A stretch of 64,000 nucleotides of DNA, from positions 32,001-96,000 of the forward strand of contig JBMNIF010000002.1 of assembly GCA_050950765.1 (NCBI GenBank), given 5' to 3'. This stretch comes from Bdellovibrionota bacterium (GTDB lineage: Bacteria; Bdellovibrionota_C; UBA2361; JAAYZI01). Shown one piece after another: positions 9,163 through 19,616 of the stretch. Made by a program: the position numbers and the translations under genes. Position 1 is the stretch's first letter. Every line of letters begins with the position of its first letter. The notes below the pieces were generated by a model. The model was not told where the DNA came from. It ran no database searches and saw nothing but the letters and a program-made list of their open reading frames with translations.

Positions 9163-10716
9163 ATGAAACTAACGATTGGCACACGTCGTAGTGACTTAGC
9201 AAGCATTCAAGGTCGCCTTGTTGGAGATGCCTTATTAAATAGTTATAAAACTAAAAAAGATGCAGATACTTCAGGACTCTTTCAATTAGAAGGTTCTCAA
9301 TCGCAACTTGAAATAAATTACCTCCAAAAAAATGCAGAGGGTGATATTGATCAAAAAACTCCTTTATCTCAACTTCCCGACAAGGGAGTTTTTACCCGCA
9401 ACCTTTCATCCCTTTTAGTAAGCGGAGAGATAGATCTGGCGGTGCACTCTTGGAAGGATTGCCCAACAGTTACTCTTCCCTCGACTCAGATTGTCGGCAC
9501 TTTAATCAGAGAAGACCCTAGGGATATGTTACTTGTGCGCAAAGATAGCTGGTCTACCATTAAAAAAAATAAAGCCATCACAGTCCTCTCTTCCTCGCCA
9601 CGACGTGAGTATAATATTACACCATTTTTAAAGTGGTCTCTCCCTACCGCTATTAATACAGTTTCATTTTTACCTGTCAGAGGAAATATTCAGACACGCT
9701 TAGCTAAGTTATTTGCTGGTGAAGGCGATGCTTTAATCGTTGCAAAAGCTGCCTTAAGTAGGATCTTACGAGCATCCTCTTTTCCAGAGGCGGCAATAAA
9801 AATTAAAGAAGCTCTAGAGAGATGTTATTGGTCAATTATTCCACTTACCTGTAATCCGACAGCAGCAGGTCAAGGAGCCTTAGCAATAGAGATCAATAGT
9901 GAAAGACAAGATTTAAAAGATCTGATTAAAACACTTTCTGACCCTCAAAGTTTAAATTGTGTCACACAAGAGCGCGCCATCCTTCAAAAATATGGTGGAG
10001 GATGTCATCAAAAAATAGGTGTAACCGTAATAAATCATCGCTTCGGTGAGATAACTTTTCTTGCAGGTGAAACAGATGCAGGTGAAAAATTAAATAACAT
10101 TACACTTAAAAGCGTTCTTCCACTTCCTCCAAAAGCAGCACCTAATCAGATCTGGCCTTCGGAAGAGCCTTTAAATATTCTCACTCCTAAACTCTTCTCT
10201 CCAGCACAACCACGAACAAGAAATATCGCCTATCTGATTTCAAAAGATCTTGCACTCCCCCAAAAATGGAAGATCTCCTTTAATACTGTCGTTTATTGTG
10301 CCGGTTTGGAAACGTGGAAAAAACTTGCTCAACGTGGAGTTTGGGTTAATGGATCTATGGAATCCCTTGGAGAAAGTTTTGATAACGGTATGTTTGATTT
10401 TATCGCTTCAGATACACACTGGATTAAGTTAGGTCATGACAAAGCAGTAATATCTGAAAAAATGCAGCTTTTCCCAACCTACACCTTAAAATTCACACGT
10501 AATCCGCCACGCCTTCTTACAAAAACACATTTTTACTGGAGGAGTGCTTCTCTCTTTAAAGCTGTCCTTTCAACCAATCCTCAAATTTTACACGCATGGC
10601 ATGCTTGTGGATTGGGGAACTCGTATGACAAAATCGCAGAATGCTTACCCGATAAAAAGAAATTGTCTGTTTGGCTAAGTTACGAAGATTGGAAAAATTA
10701 CGTTACAAATGTGTAG
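9163..10716 (+). CDS. hemC: Hydroxymethylbilane synthase with a ~190-aa C-terminal extension (probable HemC-HemD fusion)
   Basis: Motifs IGTRRSDLA, DLAVHSWKD, SSSPRR, RGNIQTRL and GGGC (cofactor Cys); extra C-terminal alpha/beta domain. Confidence 0.88.
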   Translation: MKLTIGTRRSDLASIQGRLVGDALLNSYKTKKDADTSGLFQLEGSQSQLEINYLQKNAEGDIDQKTPLSQLPDKGVFTRNLSSLLVSGEIDLAVHSWKDCPTVTLPSTQIVGTLIREDPRDMLLVRKDSWSTIKKNKAITVLSSSPRREYNITPFLKWSLPTAINTVSFLPVRGNIQTRLAKLFAGEGDALIVAKAALSRILRASSFPEAAIKIKEALERCYWSIIPLTCNPTAAGQGALAIEINSERQDLKDLIKTLSDPQSLNCVTQERAILQKYGGGCHQKIGVTVINHRFGEITFLAGETDAGEKLNNITLKSVLPLPPKAAPNQIWPSEEPLNILTPKLFSPAQPRTRNIAYLISKDLALPQKWKISFNTVVYCAGLETWKKLAQRGVWVNGSMESLGESFDNGMFDFIASDTHWIKLGHDKAVISEKMQLFPTYTLKFTRNPPRLLTKTHFYWRSASLFKAVLSTNPQILHAWHACGLGNSYDKIAECLPDKKKLSVWLSYEDWKNYVTNV

Positions 10717-10748
10717 AGTGTGGTATGTAGTTTAATTTATGTAGAGAG

Positions 10749-11759
10749 ATGAATCTTCTTTTCCAAAATGCTTTACATAATATTCCGCAGGCGGTACCAC
10801 CGATCTGGTTTATGCGTCAAGCCGGTCGCTATCAAAAAAGCTACCAAAAGGTGCGCGAACGTTATTCATTTGTTCAGATCTGCAAAACTCCTGAACTAGC
10901 AGCTCAGGTAGCACTCTCCCCTATTTTAGAATTTGATCTGGATGTAGCTATCCTTTTTAGTGACATCCTTTTCCCATTAGAAGCGTTAGGTATGTCATTA
11001 AATTACGCTGCTACGGGAGCGCCGCACCTTTCTCCTCTCCTCAAAGATAAAAGTAGCGTTGCAAATCTTCGCTCACCACAAGAAGCCATACCACTACTCT
11101 CTTTTCAGCACGAAGCCTTAACAGCTACTAGATCCCTATTACCAAACAACAAGAGTTTAATCGGTTTTATTGGAGGTCCCTTTACCCTCTTTGCTTATGC
11201 CGTTAAAGGGCATCCTCTGCAAGGTTTTGCGCCAACACCAGATCTGTTAACGCTTTTTCAACCTTTTTGTGAAAAGATACTCCCTCTTTTACGCGCTTCG
11301 ATCTTAGAACAGATCAGTAGTTCTGCAGAAATCGTTATGATTTTTGACACCTCTGCCGGTATGCTTAATAGGGAGCTGTATTTAGAGTATGTTCTTCCAC
11401 AACTCAAGGAATTAGTTGATGGTATCTCTGATAAGGTGGCTTATTATGCGCGGGGATTAGATCAAGTGCTTTTTGACGATCTCTTTTTTCAATCTCTAGC
11501 CGGAATTGCTTTAGATTCTAGATCTGATCTCGCTCGATATTTTAATAGAAAGGGGTTTATACAAGGTAATTTTAATGAAAAACACCTCCTCACCGATTCG
11601 ACGCAATTAACACAGCAAGTTTTTAACTATCTTAATTCTATACGAGAACTTCCTTATCAATCTAACTGGGTTTGTAGCCTCGGTCACGGCGTACTCCCTA
11701 CTACTCCCGAAGCCAATGTGCATAAGTTTATAGAGCTTGTTAGGGGATATTTTAAATAA
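10749..11759 (+). CDS. hemE: Uroporphyrinogen decarboxylase
   Basis: Motifs PPIWFMRQAGRY, AILFSDIL, GFIGGPFTL and LGHGVLP. Confidence 0.95.
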   Translation: MNLLFQNALHNIPQAVPPIWFMRQAGRYQKSYQKVRERYSFVQICKTPELAAQVALSPILEFDLDVAILFSDILFPLEALGMSLNYAATGAPHLSPLLKDKSSVANLRSPQEAIPLLSFQHEALTATRSLLPNNKSLIGFIGGPFTLFAYAVKGHPLQGFAPTPDLLTLFQPFCEKILPLLRASILEQISSSAEIVMIFDTSAGMLNRELYLEYVLPQLKELVDGISDKVAYYARGLDQVLFDDLFFQSLAGIALDSRSDLARYFNRKGFIQGNFNEKHLLTDSTQLTQQVFNYLNSIRELPYQSNWVCSLGHGVLPTTPEANVHKFIELVRGYFK

Positions 11760-11864
11760 TAAAACACAACAATCTTTTTCACTTAAAAACAGAGTCTCTA
11801 ATAAATTTTATATCTTGCAATGCCGATATTAAAGAACGTGATAGTTATTACAATGAAAAAATAA

Positions 11865-13550
11865 TTAAAGCTTATAAATCGCTTCAAAATTAGATATTCT
11901 TGTCTCAGGTTGACCTTCAGCGTTTAAGACCACTATACCATCTGGTCTTCTTGCTATTAAAACATTATTTAATGAAAGGAAATCTCCACAAAAACCTGCC
12001 ACCTGAAGCTGCTCTTGCAGTACGGTGAAGAGCTTTCTAGCTCTCTCTTCACTAAAAACCTCACGCTCTATCGCCTGAATCAGATCAATTGGCTCATACA
12101 AAGCACCCACTTGCTCTGCCACCCAAGAATCGGGACCATTATAAAAACCTCTTATTGAGATGTAGTTTCTATTTTCACGTAAGATTGGAGAACCATCAAT
12201 AGCACATAAATCACGGTGACTTTCAAAGCGAGAGGTATCAGAGACACCTTCCACCTTAGTGCTGCCGGTCATGTAGATAGCTCTAACGTAAACACACGGT
12301 ATCCCAGCTTCTTGTAACTGTGTGGCGATAGCGAACTCTTCAAAGGGGCTATTAAAGCCACGTCCTTTTTTTAAAAAAAGTTCCGAACAAGATTCAGGAT
12401 CCGGCATCTCACCAACGCGAGAAGTCCTCCAAACGATATGCACATTATCTTTTGTAAGGGTATAATAGACCTCATGCAGTTTAGATAGCGCTCTGCTCGG
12501 AGTTTTGCGCCACCTTTCAGGAAGAAAGTAATCGTATAGCCTTGAGTTACGCCCCACTACCCATAACAAGCCACCAGTGCTCTCCACCTTACCGTGTACA
12601 TATGGCACGCCCATAATCTTTGTCTCAACGAGATATTCCGGTAGCGGTGCATGCACAAAGCGGTCTCTCTGTACATCTAAATAAGAATTCCTCCTATCCT
12701 GTTTTACACGCGCCTCGTGTTTAGGCGTTCGAAGCAAAAGCTCATAATCAATAATCGCATACCTGCCGTCTTCAATTACCTTATCAATGAACTTCGTCGC
12801 CACATCAAGATTTTTAGTCTCTTCAAATAGAACTCGCATCCCTAAGACGCACTCTTCCGGCACTATAATATGAACCGCCTTCATATCTGCCATTGAGAAC
12901 TCTTGCGCTGCCAAATCATCGAGAACAGTTGTTGTAATCGGCTCCAACTTATCATCAAGAGTTTGCCCCTTTAATCCCAACTCTTCCAGAGCTTGCACAA
13001 CATCCAAACCATCTATCCACTGATAGATCAATTTATATTGTCGTAAGATATCGAGTTCAATTCCTGGGTGTCGGCGATTGATCTTATTAATCTTATTACG
13101 AGACCTCCCTGTTTGCCAAAGTTGCAACCTCTCAGGAGGGATATAAATCGCCAAAGGATTCTGCGTTATGATCTGCTTTTTATCGACATCTTGAGGTTTA
13201 GTGCGCAACTCCGTTACAAGGGAGAACTCCTCCCAAGGGCTGTTAAACTCTGCATTAACGAACTGTTCCAAAATATGCGTATCGACTGGGACATCCTCTC
13301 CCACACGGCAATTTTTTACTACGAGACGTAAGACCTTCCCATCGACCTCTTTCGTCGGCACTTTAAAAACAGCGCTGGTTCCCTGCAACCGTTCGCTTTT
13401 CTCAGAGAACCAACTCTCTTCATACCAGTTTTCAACATTTAGATGTTCACTCCACTTTAAACCATGCTCGGTAAAATAGATATCGCCGCCATCAGAGGTC
13501 TTCCGATGGACATAAGCGATACCTAAGATATTAAGAGTCTCATCTTTCAT
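11865..13550 (-). CDS. Hypothetical protein with two homologous kinase-like domains
   Basis: 561-aa ORF. Internal repeat YVH...RVGE.P...FNSP[W/F]EEF...AIY; the N-half has VVK, DMKAVH and IIDYE. Confidence 0.7.
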   Translation of the reverse strand: MKDETLNILGIAYVHRKTSDGGDIYFTEHGLKWSEHLNVENWYEESWFSEKSERLQGTSAVFKVPTKEVDGKVLRLVVKNCRVGEDVPVDTHILEQFVNAEFNSPWEEFSLVTELRTKPQDVDKKQIITQNPLAIYIPPERLQLWQTGRSRNKINKINRRHPGIELDILRQYKLIYQWIDGLDVVQALEELGLKGQTLDDKLEPITTTVLDDLAAQEFSMADMKAVHIIVPEECVLGMRVLFEETKNLDVATKFIDKVIEDGRYAIIDYELLLRTPKHEARVKQDRRNSYLDVQRDRFVHAPLPEYLVETKIMGVPYVHGKVESTGGLLWVVGRNSRLYDYFLPERWRKTPSRALSKLHEVYYTLTKDNVHIVWRTSRVGEMPDPESCSELFLKKGRGFNSPFEEFAIATQLQEAGIPCVYVRAIYMTGSTKVEGVSDTSRFESHRDLCAIDGSPILRENRNYISIRGFYNGPDSWVAEQVGALYEPIDLIQAIEREVFSEERARKLFTVLQEQLQVAGFCGDFLSLNNVLIARRPDGIVVLNAEGQPETRISNFEAIYKL

Positions 13551-13568
13551 TGAAACCGTATTAAGGAA

Positions 13569-15062
13569 TTAGCGATGATACGTTATCATCATCTGCTTTA
13601 ATTCTTTAGCCTTGGCTAAGGAAAGATCTTGCGGCACAAGCTTCCAACGATAATTGCCACCTTTAACACTACCACCAGGGAGGTTCTGACGTGCCACACT
13701 TCCCAACTCTAAAACATCCTGCATTGGAACAACGGAGAGGGATGCTACAGAGGAGTACGCCATGCGCATTAAAGACCTGACGGGAGACTCAACCCGCTTG
13801 CCTACATAATCTTCAAAAAACTTACGTGTCTTTTTAGATATACTTCTATACCAGCCGAGAGCTGTGTCGTTATCATGCGTTCCGGTATAAACAACACAGT
13901 GCTCTTTATGATAATGCGGCAAGTATTCATTCGTAGCATCACCATCAAAGGCAAATTGCAGAACCTTCATCCCCGGTAGATTCCACCTATCACGTAACGC
14001 CTTTACCTCTGGAGTTAACAATCCTAAATCTTCAGCGATAAAGGGAGGCTCTCCAAAAACTTTATGTACCCTCTTAAAAAAAGCATCACCTGGACCTTTC
14101 TTCCAAGTGCCGCCCTTTGCAGTTTTATTTTTAGCCGGTACATCCCAATACCGTTCAAAGCCCATAAAGTGATCGAGTCTGACTAAATCTGCCTTAGAGA
14201 AAGCACCTCGTAAACGATCCATCCACCACGAAAATTGTTCTGCCTTATGTGCAGACCAATTATATACCGGCATCCCCCAAAGTTGTCCTGTCTCTGAAAA
14301 ACAATCAGGTGGCACACCAGCTTGTCCTAATTGATTACCGGCTTCATCATAACTAAATCGTTTTAAAGCAGCCCACACATCTTGACTATCTTTAGCGCAA
14401 TAGATCGGAACATCACCGATAATCTTAATCCCTGCCGATGCAGCATATTCTCTTAATTTATCCCATTGTGAACAGAATAAAAATTGATAATATTTTTGAA
14501 AATCTACCAACTCTTTATTTTCGCGAACAAACGTTTTAAGCGCATTATTATCGTGTAGTGCAAGCTTAGTATCCCATTTCCACCACGGCTTACCACCACT
14601 CACAACTTTCAAAGCGGAAAATACAGCCCAGTCATCAAGCCACCACCTCTCTTTTTTACAAAAATCTTCAAACTCAGCATAACGACCATCTGATTTTTTA
14701 GCAAAGAACCTCTGCGCCGCTTGCTGCAACAAGCGCTGTTTTAAAGGACGCATCTTCTCATAAAGCACTTTTTTACCATCCGGAATAACAGCATCTTTCA
14801 GATCAGTTTTTGTAAGCTCTCCTGTTTTACGCAGGGCTAATAGATCGATATATTCGTAAGCTCCCGCCCAAGATGATTGCGATGAGTACGGTTGGTTTTC
14901 CTCAGTTAAAGGACCTATCGGCAAGATCTGCCACCACTTTTGCCCTGCTTTTTGCAGCCAATCAACAAAACGGTAAGCCCCTGCTCCGAGATCGCCGATC
15001 CCCATAGAACCTGGTAATGATGCTACATGTAATAAGATTCCGGCACTACGTGATAATTCCAT
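13569..15062 (-). CDS. malQ: 4-alpha-glucanotransferase (amylomaltase, GH77)
   Basis: Motifs GILLHVASLP, WQILP, GVPPDCFSETGQLWG, RLDHF, AEDLG and YTGTHDNDT. Confidence 0.96.
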   Translation of the reverse strand: MELSRSAGILLHVASLPGSMGIGDLGAGAYRFVDWLQKAGQKWWQILPIGPLTEENQPYSSQSSWAGAYEYIDLLALRKTGELTKTDLKDAVIPDGKKVLYEKMRPLKQRLLQQAAQRFFAKKSDGRYAEFEDFCKKERWWLDDWAVFSALKVVSGGKPWWKWDTKLALHDNNALKTFVRENKELVDFQKYYQFLFCSQWDKLREYAASAGIKIIGDVPIYCAKDSQDVWAALKRFSYDEAGNQLGQAGVPPDCFSETGQLWGMPVYNWSAHKAEQFSWWMDRLRGAFSKADLVRLDHFMGFERYWDVPAKNKTAKGGTWKKGPGDAFFKRVHKVFGEPPFIAEDLGLLTPEVKALRDRWNLPGMKVLQFAFDGDATNEYLPHYHKEHCVVYTGTHDNDTALGWYRSISKKTRKFFEDYVGKRVESPVRSLMRMAYSSVASLSVVPMQDVLELGSVARQNLPGGSVKGGNYRWKLVPQDLSLAKAKELKQMMITYHR

Positions 15063-15094
15063 AAAGAACTCCTAAAAATTTTTACATAAAGAAA

Positions 15095-15583
15095 CTACGC
15101 TATCGCCTTAAAACAGACCTTTAGAACCTCAACTCCCAACTCTCCTTTCGGAGTGTTGTATGTAACCCAGTCTCCCTCTTTTGCCTTTGCATTAATCAAA
15201 GCAGAACCTAACGGAGAAAGCCATGATATTTTTCCATTTAACACATCTACTTCATCAGATCCTACAATGGAATAAGTTTTTTTATTATCATCCTCGTCAC
15301 ACAAGGTAACGGTTGCACCGAACTGAACATAATCGGAGGTCACCGTTAACGGATCAATCACAAAAGCTTCATCTATGTGTTTTGAAAGGAACTCAATGCG
15401 TTTATCTATCTCTCTAAGTTTTTTCTTACCGTAGATATAATCTCCGTTCTCTGAACGATCGCCGTTTGAAGCAGCCCACGCTACCTGTTGAGTAACTTGC
15501 GGTCTCTCATCATGCTTGAGGGTATACAGCTCCTGATTTAATCTAGCTAGACCGGCTGGTGTTATGTAATTCTTTTGTGCCAT
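15095..15583 (-). CDS. greB: Transcription elongation factor GreB
   Basis: Motifs NYITPAG, WAASNGDRSENGDYIYGKKKLREID and ISWLSPLG. Confidence 0.95.
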   Translation of the reverse strand: MAQKNYITPAGLARLNQELYTLKHDERPQVTQQVAWAASNGDRSENGDYIYGKKKLREIDKRIEFLSKHIDEAFVIDPLTVTSDYVQFGATVTLCDEDDNKKTYSIVGSDEVDVLNGKISWLSPLGSALINAKAKEGDWVTYNTPKGELGVEVLKVCFKAIA

Positions 15584-15688
15584 AGTTATTCTTAACAGAC
15601 TTAACAGAGACTCAAGTTTTTGATAATAATTCAAGCTGAGCAGTGTGTCGAGATAAGAACTCTTAAGAAAGTTCACAAAAGGGGAGAA

Positions 15689-16990
15689 ATGAACCATAAA
15701 AAAAACGATTGCGCTATTTTACATTACGATAATCACGAAATTGAATTACCGATCGTCGAAGGTAGTATGGGCGAACGTGCCATTGATATCTCGCGATTAC
15801 GTGCTGAAACCGGTTTAATTACACTGGATAACGGTTATGCCAATACGGGGTCTTGCAAATCAGCTATAACTTTCGTTGATGGTGAGAAAGGGATCTTACG
15901 TTATCGTGGCATCCCGATTGAAGAGTTAGCAGAGAGATCAACCTTTATTGAGGTCTGTTATTTACTGATCTACGGCAAACTTCCCACAACTCTCGAGCTC
16001 TATGAATTTCGTAAAAAAATCGGGCGTTACGCCTTGATTCATGAAGATATGAAGAACTTCTTCAATCAGTTTCATGGAGAAGCTCATCCTATGGCGATTT
16101 TAAGCTCTATGGTCTGTTCTCTTTCGGCGTATCATCCGGAGTTATTAAAATCAAATCAATCCCCCGCAGATAGAGATGAAACAATTACGCATCTACTTTC
16201 AAAGGTGCGCGTTTTGAGTGCCTTTGCTTATAAACGTTCTATCGGACAAACTTTCATCTACCCACATATGAAGTACGATTATATAGAGAACTTTCTTTAT
16301 ATGATGTTTGCCACACCGATAGAAGATTACAAGATAGACCCTGTTGTAAAACGTGCCTTAGATCTACTTTTTATTATTCATGCAGACCATGAACAAAACT
16401 GCTCAACCTCAACAGTGCGCATGGTAGGATCTGCTAGAACCAATCTTTTTGCCTCTGTTTCCGCTGGAATTTGCGCCTTATGGGGAGAGCTGCACGGTGG
16501 TGCCAATCAAGCTGTAATTGAGATGTTAGAAAACATCTACAATAGTGGAGAGGGCTACAAAAAATTTATTGAAAAAGCAAAAGATAAAAATGATCCTTTT
16601 AAATTGATGGGTTTCGGACATCGCGTCTATAAGACTTATGATCCGCGTGCAAAAATTATAAAGAAAACTGCTGATGATGTTTTAAAGAAACTTAATATTT
16701 CAGATCCAATTCTTGATCTAGCACAAGAGCTGGAAGAAGTAGCGTTGCGCGACGATTTCTTTATAGAGAGACATCTCTACCCCAACGTTGATTTCTACTC
16801 CGGTATTATTTACCGCGCTATCGGAATACCAACTAATGACTTTACTGTAATGTTTGCGTTAGGACGTTTACCTGGTTGGATTGCGCAATGGAAAGAGATG
16901 GTAGAGCAAGGTGAAACAAAACTTTATCGCCCACGTCAGATTTATATCGGAGAAACTGAGCAACACTACATCCCAATCGATGCCCGTTAA
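15689..16990 (+). CDS. gltA: Citrate synthase (type II)
   Basis: Motifs HADHEQNCST, LHGGAN, MGFGHRVYK and YPNVDFYSG. Confidence 0.97.
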   Translation: MNHKKNDCAILHYDNHEIELPIVEGSMGERAIDISRLRAETGLITLDNGYANTGSCKSAITFVDGEKGILRYRGIPIEELAERSTFIEVCYLLIYGKLPTTLELYEFRKKIGRYALIHEDMKNFFNQFHGEAHPMAILSSMVCSLSAYHPELLKSNQSPADRDETITHLLSKVRVLSAFAYKRSIGQTFIYPHMKYDYIENFLYMMFATPIEDYKIDPVVKRALDLLFIIHADHEQNCSTSTVRMVGSARTNLFASVSAGICALWGELHGGANQAVIEMLENIYNSGEGYKKFIEKAKDKNDPFKLMGFGHRVYKTYDPRAKIIKKTADDVLKKLNISDPILDLAQELEEVALRDDFFIERHLYPNVDFYSGIIYRAIGIPTNDFTVMFALGRLPGWIAQWKEMVEQGETKLYRPRQIYIGETEQHYIPIDAR

Positions 16991-17212
16991 TAAAAAAATA
17001 AAATGCTTTTAAAAAGGGTTATTTTTACTTAAATTAAGTAAAGTAAGATTATTTTATGTAAAAATTCTACAATATTATCAATACCTTCCCCGTAATAGCA
17101 CCAAATTATAATTTTTAGCATAACTTATTAATGTAGGGGAATTTTGAGCCTATGTAACGGTTCTAGAAAATGTTCCTGTTCTTTCACAAATCATTAGAAA
17201 TGTAGGTGAAAA

Positions 17213-17904
17213 ATGTTGATCCTGTCTGTGGCGTTTTGCCTCGTCGCTTTTGCCGGTGCCGCTTACGGCGTTTTCCTGTTTTGGGGATTCGACATTACCC
17301 AACTCTGGTTCTCGGAGTTCTTCTCGGAGTTCTCTTGGGAAACTTTCAAAGCCAATGTTCAAGGACTGCACCCTTCCGCTTTGGAGACGGTCTACCAATA
17401 CCGTTCCGAAATGGTTGCACTCGTTGTTATCATGGCTTTGTTTCTGAAGGCTGTCGGCGCTTTTAGCGCGACTAATACGGACTGCTCTTTTAGGGTTATC
17501 GTCCTTAGGGTGTTATCTGCGCTGGCGGAGGGAGGTATTTTCGGGATCATTTTAATGCTCTTCGAAAGCCGTTTCCCTGGGGCTATCGCCCGATTGGGGC
17601 ACCGCCCCTTATCGCCTGCCTTGTTATTGGAGTAGTTTTACTACTATCCAAGTTCAAAATTAGCTATGCATTGCTAATAATATACCTACTTACAATCGGC
17701 TGGGCGATATTTACTAGAAGCTCTGGTCAAACTATTACACTGTCGATATGGCCCACGGTATACCTGAGTGCACTTGTACCACTTTGTGCGCTCGGAACTC
17801 TTCAAGCGCTCTACAGAGACAAGTCAGACGGCGAACTCTATGTTATGAGTTGGGTACGTCTGTACGGACTGGCTTCATTAGCGGCTATCGTGCTTCTTGT
17901 ATGA
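17213..17904 (+). pseudogene. Multi-pass membrane protein, frameshifted near 17593 (possible sequencing indel); paralog of 18665..19489
   Basis: Shares FDxTQLWF...FSWETFKA.xQGL and EGGxFGIILMLFESRFPGAIA with the paralog. CGATTGGGG versus paralog CAATTTGGGG lacks one T, and homology resumes in ORF 17671..17904. Confidence 0.65.
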
Positions 17905-17950
17905 AAATATAAGAAGCGTCGTTAAAGTCATCTGAGAGGTCGCACCAAGA

Positions 17951-18003
17951 AGGGGGAAAAAGGTTTTTACTACAAAGGGCTCAATTTTCCCCCCTCCTTT
18001 TCT
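17951..18003 (+). terminator. Putative intrinsic terminator
   Basis: GGGGGAAAA...TTTTCCCCC stem followed by T-rich sequence. Confidence 0.45.
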
Positions 18004-18049
18004 TCAGATTAACTAAGCACCCCACCCCAAACTAAAACCCCTCTCAAAG

Positions 18050-18538
18050 CCTAATTGATCTACTTTTCAGCATCAGCCAGCCTACTTTTTTAACCTCCGT
18101 AGAAATCTAGCCGATCCCGTTCTGCTGTTGCAGCCAGCCCTGCTGTCCCTGAAGGGTGGCACCAAATTTTTGACCTTCGTGAAAACCTAACCGATTCGTT
18201 TTGTAGTGACAGCCCGTTCAATCGTCCCTGAAGGGTGGCACCAAATTCGCCAAATGCTAAGCTTTTGCTAACGTCTTGATATTATTGGCTATCCTAATTT
18301 CAGAGTCTTGTAGCACTGGTGGGTGGCACCAAATTTCCGCTGCTGTCCCTGAAGGGTGGCACCAAATTTTCTGGTGGGTGGCACCAAATTTTCCCTCGTG
18401 AAAACCTAACCAACTTGCTTTTTAATATCAGCCCGCTCAATCGTCCCTAGCGAGTGGTAGTAAATTCCGTAGAAATCTAGCCGATCCCGTTCTGCAGTTG
18501 CAGCCACCCCAATCATCCCTAAAGGGTGATGGTAAATT
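18050..18538 (-). repeat. Mosaic repeat array 2 (inverted orientation, GGGTGGCACCA)
   Basis: Five exact and two degenerate cores, all on the minus strand, with the same modules. Confidence 0.9.
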
Positions 18539-18664
18539 TCTTTAACTTTACGATTTTTGGTATAACTTACAATGATATGAGAGGAAATTGAGCCCTTATA
18601 AAAGGTTTTTATAAGAGGTTCCTCCCCGTTCTTTAACAATTGAAAGGATATAAGGAATATAAGG

Positions 18665-19489
18665 ATGAAAAAGATCTACCTCTCTTCCGAACAAAGGTTC
18701 GACTTCGTTAATAACGCCTTTGCATTTTTGGCGTTGTTTTTCTTTGTCGCCGATGCTGTTCCTTTGATCTGTAGATTCGACACTACACAACTCTGGTTCA
18801 CGCAGTTCTCTTGGGAAACTTTCAAAGCCGATGCTCAAGGACTGCAGATCTCCGATTTGGGAATCGCCAAGGGATACAATCCTACAATGGTTGCAAGCGT
18901 TATCGTTATGTCTCTGCTTATCGGAGTCATCGCCGTTTTCAGAGTTAAAACGAACAACCCCCGAGAGGTTTTAAACTTTGAGATGCTCTCCACACTTGTG
19001 GAGGGAGGTGCCTTCGGGATCATTTTAATGCTCTTCGAAAGCCGTTTCCCTGGAGCCATTGCCCAATTTGGGGCACTGTACTTTATCATCGGCGCTGCTC
19101 TGCTGCTCTTTATTGTAGCAGCTTTACTAAAGCTCAGGTTCAAAATTAACTTCGTATTCTTACTACTCATAAGCATAGCCGCGACTTTCTGGGTGATATT
19201 GATCAGCTGCGGTGTCCAAACTATTAGGCTGTCAGTGTTCCCTACACTGTATCTGACTATGCTCATGATGCTTAAGTCGCTTGAAATTATTCAAATGCTT
19301 GATAATTGGCAAGTAGTAGAAAACGTACAGGGTTTCGAGGAGCTAGAGCTCGAGGATAAAATATACGACGAAGAAACAAGACAGGAAGTTCAAAAAACTG
19401 AAGAAGAAGCTCACCGCGAACTCAACTATGCAAGCTTCCTGCGCGTTTACGGTCTAATCTTACTATCGGTTATGACGGTTCTTATATGA
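18665..19489 (+). CDS. Hypothetical multi-pass membrane protein
   Basis: 274 aa with about 6-7 hydrophobic segments and an acidic loop near the C-terminus; has a paralog upstream. Confidence 0.75.
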   Translation: MKKIYLSSEQRFDFVNNAFAFLALFFFVADAVPLICRFDTTQLWFTQFSWETFKADAQGLQISDLGIAKGYNPTMVASVIVMSLLIGVIAVFRVKTNNPREVLNFEMLSTLVEGGAFGIILMLFESRFPGAIAQFGALYFIIGAALLLFIVAALLKLRFKINFVFLLLISIAATFWVILISCGVQTIRLSVFPTLYLTMLMMLKSLEIIQMLDNWQVVENVQGFEELELEDKIYDEETRQEVQKTEEEAHRELNYASFLRVYGLILLSVMTVLI

Positions 19490-19530
19490 AAATATCAGAA
19501 CCTGTACCAAGTACTTGCAAGGCTACGCTA

Positions 19531-19585
19531 AAAAAAGAGGGGAAGGTTTCTTTCACAAAAAGGGCTCAATTTTCCCCTCTTTTTT
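19531..19585. terminator. Putative bidirectional intrinsic terminator
   Basis: AAAAAAGAGGGGAA...TTCCCCTCTTTTTT between convergent genes. Confidence 0.55.
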
Positions 19586-19616
19586 CAGATATCTACTTCA
19601 GAAAAATAAAAGAAAA

